Assembly (NCBI GenBank): GCA_051003155.1
Contig: JBPCLO010000031.1
Coordinates: 96,001 to 160,000 of the forward strand
DNA length: 64,000 nt
Direction: 5' to 3'
DNA from: Fimbriimonadales bacterium
GTDB lineage: Bacteria; Armatimonadota; Fimbriimonadia; Fimbriimonadales; ATM1
Positions 29,588-38,144 of this stretch are shown here, piece by piece; the first letter of the stretch is position 1; every line of letters begins with the position of its first letter. Below the pieces are notes generated by a model. It saw nothing but the letters and a program-made list of their open reading frames with translations. It was not told the DNA's origin and did no database searches. Position numbers and translations under genes: made by a program.

Positions 29588-30679
29588 ATGGAGTTCAAGG
29601 TCATTCAGGAATCCCACCAATGCAGCGGGCGACTGGGTGAAATGACGCTTCCGCACGGCAAGGTGCAAACGCCCGCTTTCATGCCGGTCGGCACCCAGGG
29701 CGCCGTCAAGACAATCGGCTCGGAAGACCTCGAGGCACTCGGCTACAAGTTGATCCTTTGCAACACCTACCACCTCTCGCTGCGACCGGGTGAGGACCTT
29801 GTCGAAAGCCTGGGCGGGCTGCACAGATTCATGTCTTGGGACAGGCCGATCTTGACCGACAGCGGGGGGTATCAAGTGATGAGCCTCTCAAAAAACAGAA
29901 AGATAACCGACGAAGGCGTTACATTCCGGTCACACTTAGATGGGAACACCCTGCACCTAACGCCCGAAAAGAGCATCGAGATTCAGCGAAAGCTCGACGT
30001 TGATATTTCGATGGCGCTCGACGTATGCCCTGCCTACTCGGCCCCTGAGAAGGAAGTGCGCGAAGCCATGGACAGAACGCACGCCTGGGCGCCGAGGTGC
30101 CTCGAAGCATCAGGTGAGAATCAGGCGGTGTTCGGAATCGTGCAAGGAGGCGTGCACCCGGATTTTCGAGCGGAATCCGCCGAGGTTATCACCGCAATGC
30201 CCTTCGCGGGTTTCGCAGTTGGCGGCGTCAGCGTGGGCGAGCCGGCCGACATGCAGTACCCCGTCGTACAGACCACAGCGCCACTTCTGCCTGCCGATAG
30301 ACCCAGATACTTGATGGGGGTTGGCCACCCCAGGGACATCATTCACGCCGTGAAAAACGGGATCGATATGTTCGACTGTGTGCTCCCCACGCGCATGGCG
30401 CGGCACCATGGTCTCTACACGATGAACGGCATCGTCAACGTCCTCAATAAGAAATGGGAGGCTCACGACGGCCCGGTGGACCCGGAAAGCGCATTCCCTG
30501 CGACCGCCCGTTACTCGGCGGCCTATATGCGCCATCTCTTCAAAGCCGCTGAACCGCTGGGAGCCCGAATCGCCACGCTCCATAATCTGGCATTCTATGC
30601 CAGGCTGGTGCACGACATCCGCGATGCCTTGTCTAAAAATGCATGGCCGGAACTGGAGAAGAAATATGAAAATGCTTAA
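29588..30679 (+). CDS. tgt: tRNA-guanine transglycosylase
   Basis: TPAFMPVGT, NTYHL, TDSGGYQV, PRYLMGVG and DMFDCVLPTR. Confidence 0.96.
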   Translation: MEFKVIQESHQCSGRLGEMTLPHGKVQTPAFMPVGTQGAVKTIGSEDLEALGYKLILCNTYHLSLRPGEDLVESLGGLHRFMSWDRPILTDSGGYQVMSLSKNRKITDEGVTFRSHLDGNTLHLTPEKSIEIQRKLDVDISMALDVCPAYSAPEKEVREAMDRTHAWAPRCLEASGENQAVFGIVQGGVHPDFRAESAEVITAMPFAGFAVGGVSVGEPADMQYPVVQTTAPLLPADRPRYLMGVGHPRDIIHAVKNGIDMFDCVLPTRMARHHGLYTMNGIVNVLNKKWEAHDGPVDPESAFPATARYSAAYMRHLFKAAEPLGARIATLHNLAFYARLVHDIRDALSKNAWPELEKKYENA

Positions 30680-31649
30680 AATCGCTACGTTAATTGCCGT
30701 TGTCCTTGCCTGCGTCAGCGCTTCCGCCGAAAAACCGATTACGGTCGACGTCTGGGTCCTCAATTTCGACCCGTTCATCGAGAGCGAGGGGGGGGAACGG
30801 CTCCATGCGGTTGGCGGATGGAACGACCCGCGCAAATTAAGCGAGGGATATGTCTCCGATATCAAGGAAGCCAGTGGCGGGTTTATTAAATACAAGATCA
30901 GACGTTGGGACGATATCGACGCGTTTCCGGAAAAGGTCGACGGATATATTTATACAGATCAGTCGTACTTAGAGTCTCGCAAGGCAAATAAATGGCACGA
31001 TCCGGATGGTCTGGACTATCCCAAAATGATCGACAAATACCGGGTAGCGCCAAAAATGGACGACGGCACTTTCGACGAACTCTGGATTTTCGGCGCCCCC
31101 TACATGGGTTTTTGGGAGTCCGCGATGGCCGGCCCTGGAGCCTTCTACATTAACGGCGGCGTCTACGATAAGGTCAAGGCGAAAAAACCTTTCGCTATTA
31201 TGGGATTCAATTACGAGCGAGGCGTCGCAGAAATGGTCCACGACCTCTGCCATCGAACGGAGAGCACAATGTCGCGGATTTATGGCGGCTGGAAGGTCGA
31301 GGAATTAACGACTCCCTGGTCTAGGTTCGCATCCAATTACTCTCAATCCTCAGGAATCGCGGCGGTCGGAACGTGTCACTGGCCGCCGAACGCCGAAAAA
31401 GATTACGATTACGCAAATCCTCGAGAGGTGCAGAGCAGCGCAGACGACTGGCTGAACTATCCCCACCTGACCGGCGCGAAGAAATTGGTGTCGTGCGAAA
31501 CCTGGGGCGGGCCGGATTATCATCGCAATTACCTAAAATGGTGGTTCACGCACCTGCCGAAGGCAAAAGGCGTGAGTGCGGACGGCCGCCAGAATAACTG
31601 GTGGAAGTACCTTTTCAACTTCAACCGGTATGACGAAAGCGGGCGCTGA
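30666..31649 (+). CDS. Secreted conserved hypothetical protein
   Basis: Signal peptide; GFNYERGVAEMVHDLCHRTE, GTCHWPPN and NNWW. Confidence 0.75.
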   Translation: MKMLKIATLIAVVLACVSASAEKPITVDVWVLNFDPFIESEGGERLHAVGGWNDPRKLSEGYVSDIKEASGGFIKYKIRRWDDIDAFPEKVDGYIYTDQSYLESRKANKWHDPDGLDYPKMIDKYRVAPKMDDGTFDELWIFGAPYMGFWESAMAGPGAFYINGGVYDKVKAKKPFAIMGFNYERGVAEMVHDLCHRTESTMSRIYGGWKVEELTTPWSRFASNYSQSSGIAAVGTCHWPPNAEKDYDYANPREVQSSADDWLNYPHLTGAKKLVSCETWGGPDYHRNYLKWWFTHLPKAKGVSADGRQNNWWKYLFNFNRYDESGR

Positions 31650-32227
31650 TGGAGTGGCTCTGGGGCGTCGACCGCGAGATGACCGGCGTCGTCAATCAAG
31701 ATTGGCATTCGCCGACACTCGATACTTTCTTTCGCTGGATTACCTACCTCGGCCTCGATCAGGTAGTCCTGCCACTTGTGCTAATCCTCATACTCGTGAG
31801 GTCGCAACGGTTGGCCGGCTTCACTTGCCTACTTGCCTATGCGATCGGCGGAGTTAGCGCTCAAATCATCAAGCGACTCGCGCCCAGATTCCGCCCGGGC
31901 TCGCTTTCGGAAACTATAGTCGCTTCGGACGAACGCATCTTCTTGTCGAGTTTTCCGAGCGGGCACACGGTCATTGCATTCGCAGTCGCGTTCGCACTAC
32001 TCCTTAGCTGGCCAGGAGCCCGAAGAACCCTAGTCGGCACTGCGGCGCTGGTGCTCGCCCTAGGAGTCGCCCTGTCGAGAATTTACCGTGGCGTACATTG
32101 GCCGACCGATATCGTCGGATCGATCTCCCTCGCTCTAATCGCGGCGGCAATCGCTCATGCGGTGGTTACTCGTTGGGGCCGTTCTGAGGAAGCATCTGAG
32201 CCACATCCATTAGAAGAGCCTGCATGA
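31649..32227 (+). CDS. PAP2 family phosphatase
   Basis: KxxxxRxRP, SFPSGH and SRIYRGVHWPTD. Confidence 0.92.
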   Translation: MEWLWGVDREMTGVVNQDWHSPTLDTFFRWITYLGLDQVVLPLVLILILVRSQRLAGFTCLLAYAIGGVSAQIIKRLAPRFRPGSLSETIVASDERIFLSSFPSGHTVIAFAVAFALLLSWPGARRTLVGTAALVLALGVALSRIYRGVHWPTDIVGSISLALIAAAIAHAVVTRWGRSEEASEPHPLEEPA

Positions 32228-32585
32228 GGTCCACGCGCAAAACGATGCCGGACAGACGGCCCTCGTAAATGACCGGCAGCACAGTCAAGCCTTGCGTGAG
32301 CATAAGGTGGAGCGCCTCCGATACCTCGAGCGAAAGATCGGCGACCGCCGGTTTCAAGGTGGCGAAGTCGAGCGCTCTCGTGCCGCTCAGCCCCACGACG
32401 TCCCCTTTTTGTCCGACGGCCCTGGCCAAGTCACCCTCCGTGATCACGGCCACCGGCGCCTTGTCGGCATCGACGATGATTAGGGCCGGAAATTGATAGA
32501 TGTCGAGCTTGTCGACCGCTTCGCGAACCGTCGACTCCAGCGATAGAGTCGGGATATGCACGTGCATTACTTCGCTTACTGTCAT
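32166..32585 (-). CDS. CBS domain protein
   Basis: Two CBS repeats (VITEGDL, GIVLRVDL); ATG at 32585. Confidence 0.88.
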   Translation of the reverse strand: MTVSEVMHVHIPTLSLESTVREAVDKLDIYQFPALIIVDADKAPVAVITEGDLARAVGQKGDVVGLSGTRALDFATLKPAVADLSLEVSEALHLMLTQGLTVLPVIYEGRLSGIVLRVDLMQALLMDVAQMLPQNGPNE

Positions 32586-32610
32586 TCTTGGGCAAGATAC
32601 TCCGACTCGT

Positions 32611-32645
32611 AAAAGAAAGACTTCCGACGCCTGCCGGAAGCCTTC
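32611..32645 (-). terminator. Rho-independent terminator after tRNA-Gly
   Basis: GAAGGCTTCCG..CGGAAGTCTTT hairpin followed by a U-rich tail. Confidence 0.7.
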
Positions 32646-32659
32646 GCAAAGCACAAATC

Positions 32660-32734
32660 TGGAGCGGGAAACGAGATTCGAACTCGCGACCCTCTCGTTG
32701 GCAACGAGATGCTCTACCACTGAGCTATTCCCGC
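32660..32734 (-). tRNA. tRNA-Gly (GCC)
   Basis: GCGGGAATAGCTCAGTGGTAGAGC..TTGCCAA..GTTCGAATC..TTCCCGCTCCA cloverleaf. Confidence 0.97.
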
Positions 32735-32759
32735 GATTCGCGATATATACCCGAAAACC

Positions 32760-33965
32760 TTAGTCGCCCGCCTCCAACAGCTTCCAGCAGTACCACAGCG
32801 CGCGGGGCAGATGAAATGGGCCCTTGAACATGCTCCCTTTCAATTGCGAGGAAACAGATCCGTCGCGGTGGAGGTATCCGTACCACTCGCCGAACTCGGG
32901 GTCGGCGAAATGCGCAAAGCTCCAATCATGAACCTGGCAGTGCCACCTTGCATATCGCTTCTCACTGGTCAGTTTCCAGGCAAGCGCGGTTGCGATGATG
33001 GCCTCACAGTGCGGCCACCAGAACTTCATGTCGTGCCAATATTCTTGGATCGGCAGACCCTTCAGGTCGTCATAGTAACGCAAGCCCCCGTGCTCCTCGT
33101 CCCAGCCGCGCTTCCACATCCAGTCGATGATCGTGCACCCGATTTCGACCAGCCGCGCGTCGCTGCGGAGCTTGCCCTCGTGCAGGATGAACCAGGCGGC
33201 CTCTAGCGAATGGCCGGGATTCAGGAGGCGCCCGTCAAAGCCGTCGATGATCTCGCCCTTGGGTCCCACGACTTCCATCACGGCTTCGAAGTTGGGCTTC
33301 ATAAAGTACGTCTCGATCTCGGAAATCATTGAGTCGATCCACTCGGTGCAGTTTCTTCCGTAAGCTGATACCTCGCCGAGGTTCTCGCGCATTTCCTGCG
33401 CAGTCGCGATACCGATGAGGCGCGGGCCGAGGCCCATCATGGGGCGGGTCTGCGGATTAACCTTGGGCGTGCCGTAGCCCTCCAAGAGCGAGTATCGCAA
33501 GTAATTGGCCCAACATTTCTCCGCGTCGGCGGCGCAGCGCGTGTCGCCGGTTGCCTTGGCGAGCGCGGCGTTGGCGATCGCCGCAAACGATTCACTGTAG
33601 GCGTAGCGTCGCATCCTGAGCGGCTTCCCTTCCCGCGTAACCGTGAAGTACATCTTCCCGTCGGGCGCGAAACCGTGATCCCTCAGAAACTCAACCCCGC
33701 TGCGCGCCGCTTCGAGCCATTCACCTTTTTGTTCTACCGTGTTGTACAACGTGGCAAACATCCACGCCCCCCGCCCCTGGAACCAGATGGATTTGTCCGT
33801 GTCCGCAACGGTTCCATCTCGGGCCAGCGCCGTCAGGAAGCCGGCATGCTCCCGATCGATCCCGTGCCGGAGCCAAAACGGAATCACGTCGTCCAAAAGC
33901 GCGGTCCGGTATTTTACGGCGATTTCGCGGCGTCCTTCGAGGGTAATCAAATGCAAGTTTCGCAC
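32760..33965 (-). CDS. N-acylglucosamine 2-epimerase (AGE family)
   Basis: WFQGR, NPGHSLEAAWF, KFWWPH and KGPFHLPR. Confidence 0.92.
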   Translation of the reverse strand: MRNLHLITLEGRREIAVKYRTALLDDVIPFWLRHGIDREHAGFLTALARDGTVADTDKSIWFQGRGAWMFATLYNTVEQKGEWLEAARSGVEFLRDHGFAPDGKMYFTVTREGKPLRMRRYAYSESFAAIANAALAKATGDTRCAADAEKCWANYLRYSLLEGYGTPKVNPQTRPMMGLGPRLIGIATAQEMRENLGEVSAYGRNCTEWIDSMISEIETYFMKPNFEAVMEVVGPKGEIIDGFDGRLLNPGHSLEAAWFILHEGKLRSDARLVEIGCTIIDWMWKRGWDEEHGGLRYYDDLKGLPIQEYWHDMKFWWPHCEAIIATALAWKLTSEKRYARWHCQVHDWSFAHFADPEFGEWYGYLHRDGSVSSQLKGSMFKGPFHLPRALWYCWKLLEAGD

Positions 33966-34007
33966 ACCATCCGTTGGGTCTGGGCGTTAATACCTAAAGC
34001 GTAACCA

Positions 34008-34421
34008 TCACCTTAGCGTAATCAGCACTCCCACGACGATGATGCCCGCGCCCAAACCCACGTTCCACGAGACTTTCTCCCCGAGCACGATGACGCCGAG
34101 AACCATGGCGATCACAAAGCTCAACTTATCGACCGGAGCGACGCGCGAAACTGGCCCCAGCTGCAGGGCGCGAAAATAGCAAAGCCAAGAGGCTCCCGTG
34201 GCAACGGCGGATAGGAAGAGGAAGAACCAGTTCCTCGCACTGAGAGCACCGATTCGCGTTTGTTGGGTAGCCCAAGCGATTGCGGCACAAATGACGAGCA
34301 CAAAGCCGACGCGAACGAGCAGGGCCAAATTCGAAGGCACGTTCTCGACGCCTTTCTTTGCAAGCACGGCGGTCACGCCGGCAAAAAGGGCCGACAACAG
34401 AGCCCAACTGCGATAGTCCAC
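34008..34421 (-). CDS. EamA family transporter (single domain)
   Basis: SWLCYFRAL, VAPVDKLS and LGE. Confidence 0.9.
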   Translation of the reverse strand: MDYRSWALLSALFAGVTAVLAKKGVENVPSNLALLVRVGFVLVICAAIAWATQQTRIGALSARNWFFLFLSAVATGASWLCYFRALQLGPVSRVAPVDKLSFVIAMVLGVIVLGEKVSWNVGLGAGIIVVGVLITLR

Positions 34422-34551
34422 AATTCACCTCCGGGGGTTCCCATAGTATGGCCACCGGGTTGGAGCGATAAAATCGAGTTATGCCGATCGCAGACAGATT
34501 GCTCGCCCCCGTCACGGCGCTCCAATGCTTGGACTTCAGGGTGACAACTAT

Positions 34552-37500
34552 CTACATCGCTTGGCCCTCAAGTGCATGATCACTCGGCGACAGTTCATCG
34601 AAGCCACCGACGTCCACGTGCGTCCCTGGAAGGTAGCCCAGCCACTCACTTCGGCTAAATACCCAGAAGAGGGCAGGCATGACCACCTGGCTCAGGAACG
34701 TGCTGAAGACGAGTCCGCCAAGAATGACGACCGCTATCGGTTGCAAGAGCTCCTTTCCGGGTTCCCCTTGAGAGATCGCGAGTGGCAGGAGGCCGAAGGC
34801 GGCGGCCAAGGCTGTCATTAGAACCGGAGAAAGCCTCTCCTGTGTGCCACGAACGATCATCTCCTTGCTGAACGGAACTCCTTCTTCCCGCATGAGGTGC
34901 ACATAGTGCGAGAGCATCATGATTCCGTTTCGGGTCGCGATGCCGAAGAGGGTGATGAATCCAACCATCGACGCCACCGACAGGATGCCGCCCGTGAGAT
35001 AGAGCACCATGACACCGCCCACAAGAGCCATGGGCAAATTGACCATGACTTGAAGCGCCATGCGCCACGACCGGAGGGCAACGTTCAGCAGCAGAAAGAT
35101 CGCGACAACGGTGAAGATTCCAAGGAACAGGATGCGACTCATCGCGCTCTGCTGGGCTTGGAACTGCCCTCCATACTCGATGTAGTAGCCTCGCGGCCAC
35201 GAAGCCTGCATCGGGCGCATCTTAGTTTGAAGCTCGGTAACAACACTGTTGAGGTCCCGGCCCTCGACGTTCGCCTGAACCACAATCCTTCGCGAGACAT
35301 TCTCACGGTTGATCGTGTTCGGACCGGTGTCGCGCCTGACCGTTGCGAGTTGCGAGAGCGGGATGCGCTGGCCCGACGGCGTGTTGATCAGCGTTGATTG
35401 AATCACATCGAGGTTATTTCTTGCCTCGGGCGTGAACCACACGACAAGCTCAAAAGTGCGTTGACCTTGGAGCACCTGTGAAACCACGTGTCCCGCCAAA
35501 GCGACTTCCAAGTTCTCCGCGAGCTCAAAAGGAGTCACCCCATACCTCGCTGCAGCGTCGCGGTCAATCTCGATACTGACTTGTGGGACCTCAATCTGAG
35601 GCTCGACTTGAAGGTCAACGACGCCAGGAACCGCCTTCATCGTCCCTTCGACATCGGCGGCCAACCGGCGAAGTTCGCTCAAATCCGCGCCGTACACCTT
35701 GACCGCCAAAGCTGCCCGAACGCCTGACGACAGGTGGTCTAGCCGGTGTGAGATCGGTTGGCCGAACGCGACGAAAACTCCCGGAATTTTGGTGAGCTTC
35801 TCTCGCAGATCTTCGGTGGCCGCTTCTCGCCCACGCATCGAGTCTTTGAGACCAACATCGATTTCGGAGTAGTTGACCCCTTCCGCATGCTCGTCCATTT
35901 CGGCGCGACCAGTTCGCCTGCCGATGTGGGTGACTTCGGGAACGGTTAGGGCCGTCTTCTCGATAATCGTCCCGATTCGGTTGCTCTCATCGAGACTTGT
36001 TCCCGGAGGCAGTATCGCGCTGAGTGCGAGGGAGCCTTCGTTGAACTTGGGAAGGAATTCCCGGCCGAGCCGTGGCAAGAGCGCGATAGCTACAACGGTC
36101 AGAATCGCAGTCGATCCGATAACGAGCCAGGGATGATCGAGTGACCATCTGACGGTCGGTCCATTGAGTCGCTTGAGGAAGCTGACCAACTTAGAATCGC
36201 CATGATGCCCTTTTGCAGTCTTGCGGAGCATCAGACCGCAAAGGGCCGGCGTGACGGTAAGGGAAACGATGAGGGATGCCAGCATCGAGAAGATGAAGGC
36301 CAGTCCAAGCGGGAGGAAGACACGCCCCTCCATCCCTTCGAGCGAGAGAAGCGGCACAAACACCAGCACGATGATTAGGGTGGCAAAGACGATGCTGTTT
36401 CGCACCTCGGCGCTCGCGCTGTAAATCACGCGCAAGGGCGGCTTCTTTTCCGGTGAGGCCGCATTGAGGCGAAGACGCCTGAAGACGTTCTCCACGTCAA
36501 CAATGCTGTCATCGACGACCAAGCCGATCGCGATCGCGAGGCCGCCCAGCGTCATCGTGTTGATGTTGATCCCGAACCGGCTCAGCAATAGTAGCGTGAG
36601 GATGAACGAGACCGGAATTGAAATCAGCGATATGACCGTTGCCCGGATGTTCATGAGGAAGGCCAAGATGACGATCAGAACAATCACACCCGCTTCACCA
36701 AGTGCCTTGACCACGTTCGAAATTGCGTTATTGATGAAGTGCTCTTGTCGGAACAACTGGCGATTGATTCGTACATCGTCGGGCAATGTCGCCGAGATTT
36801 CGTTTAGTGCTTTATCCATCTCCTTGGTCAGGAGGAGCGTATTGGCATCGGGCTGTTTCTGAACTGACAGGATCACCGCGGGCTCGCCGTTGACACTTGC
36901 GTCGCCGCGCGGCAAGCCCTTTGCAAACTCTACGTCAGCAACCTGCTCAATCGTGATGGGCACGCCACCAACTGACTTGATAGGCGTCCTTTTGATGTCG
37001 TCGAGATCGCGAACCCGGCCTTGGATGCGGATGACCGCTTCACGCTGAGGTTCTTGGAAGAAGCCTCCACCGGCGTTGAGGTTGCTCTCACGGGCCGCTT
37101 CCACCAGCTCATCGAGCGTAACGCCGAATTGCTTGAGCCGTTCGGGTGAGGTCAGCACTTGAAACTGCTTCGATCCACCGCCGATTGGAACTACCTGAGA
37201 CACGCCCGGAACTGCGAGAAGTCGGGGCCGAACCACGAAATCGGCAAGAGAGCGAACTTCGAGTGGCGGAGTTACGTGCTGCCCTGGAGTGCGGGGGTCG
37301 GCGTGCGGCTGGCTTGATAGGGAAATGAGCATAATCTCACCCATGATCGAGCTGATCGGAGCGAGCGAAGCGACCGAGCCTTCCGGCAATCTCGCTTGAG
37401 CGAGTTGAAGTTTTTCGTTGACGATCTGTCGCGCCCGGAAGATTTCCGTTCCCCAGTCGAACTCGACGAAAACGATGCTGAATCCAGCACTCGAAGCGGA

Positions 37501-37749
37501 TCGCACCCGCTGTACGCCGGTGGCCCCATTCATCATCGTTTCGATAGGGAAACTCACGAGTGCTTCCGTTTCCTCGGGAGCCATGCCGTGTGCTTCGGTC
37601 ATGATCGTCACAACCGGCCGGTTGAGGTCGGGCAGAACGTCCACGTCCATCTTGGGGATGGCGATGAGGCCGTAGAGGATGACCATTAGGGTCAAAGCGA
37701 CCATCAGAACGCGCTGGCGAAGGCTGAGTTCGATCAGTCGGTTCAGCAT
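34552..37749 (-). CDS. Heavy-metal efflux RND permease (CzcA/CusA family)
   Basis: 1065 aa; GGLAIAIGLVVDDSIV, GRTGRAE and ERLSPVLMTA. Confidence 0.95.
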   Translation of the reverse strand: MLNRLIELSLRQRVLMVALTLMVILYGLIAIPKMDVDVLPDLNRPVVTIMTEAHGMAPEETEALVSFPIETMMNGATGVQRVRSASSAGFSIVFVEFDWGTEIFRARQIVNEKLQLAQARLPEGSVASLAPISSIMGEIMLISLSSQPHADPRTPGQHVTPPLEVRSLADFVVRPRLLAVPGVSQVVPIGGGSKQFQVLTSPERLKQFGVTLDELVEAARESNLNAGGGFFQEPQREAVIRIQGRVRDLDDIKRTPIKSVGGVPITIEQVADVEFAKGLPRGDASVNGEPAVILSVQKQPDANTLLLTKEMDKALNEISATLPDDVRINRQLFRQEHFINNAISNVVKALGEAGVIVLIVILAFLMNIRATVISLISIPVSFILTLLLLSRFGININTMTLGGLAIAIGLVVDDSIVDVENVFRRLRLNAASPEKKPPLRVIYSASAEVRNSIVFATLIIVLVFVPLLSLEGMEGRVFLPLGLAFIFSMLASLIVSLTVTPALCGLMLRKTAKGHHGDSKLVSFLKRLNGPTVRWSLDHPWLVIGSTAILTVVAIALLPRLGREFLPKFNEGSLALSAILPPGTSLDESNRIGTIIEKTALTVPEVTHIGRRTGRAEMDEHAEGVNYSEIDVGLKDSMRGREAATEDLREKLTKIPGVFVAFGQPISHRLDHLSSGVRAALAVKVYGADLSELRRLAADVEGTMKAVPGVVDLQVEPQIEVPQVSIEIDRDAAARYGVTPFELAENLEVALAGHVVSQVLQGQRTFELVVWFTPEARNNLDVIQSTLINTPSGQRIPLSQLATVRRDTGPNTINRENVSRRIVVQANVEGRDLNSVVTELQTKMRPMQASWPRGYYIEYGGQFQAQQSAMSRILFLGIFTVVAIFLLLNVALRSWRMALQVMVNLPMALVGGVMVLYLTGGILSVASMVGFITLFGIATRNGIMMLSHYVHLMREEGVPFSKEMIVRGTQERLSPVLMTALAAAFGLLPLAISQGEPGKELLQPIAVVILGGLVFSTFLSQVVMPALFWVFSRSEWLGYLPGTHVDVGGFDELSPSDHALEGQAM

Positions 37750-38144
37750 CTACTTCTCCCCCAGAGTTCTGCTTTCAAGGAGCATCCAGTGTCCAGACTT
37801 CAGAAGCCACATATCGCGGTAACGGTGGATGTGCTCCGGCTCGCCACGCTGTTTCGAGAGCTCGCGAGTCATTGCAGTTGCGCGATTCCCCAGACGATTA
37901 GCACTGATCAACGTCGTGCGATACGATTCCGGGGTTGCCGCTTTCCAAAGGCTCCGAACATAATCCGCCCGTCTGATGACCTTGCGAGTCTCGGTCACGA
38001 TTCGAAAGCGCGAGTTCAGCATGGCGGCCAGTGCCTTCACATCGTGCTGGCGGTAAGCGCCATCCCATTGTGAGTACCGGACGGTAAGCTGATCACGGAA
38101 GCAGGTTGGAAAGCCAACGTGACAGCCATGAGCGCTGCGGTCAT
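37750..38144 (-). CDS. Secreted NTF2-like/DUF4440 protein (frameshift at about 38100)
   Basis: MTAALMAVTLAFQPA is coupled to the upstream stop; the other frame gives WDGAYRQHDVKAL..YRDMWLLKSGHW. Confidence 0.65.
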
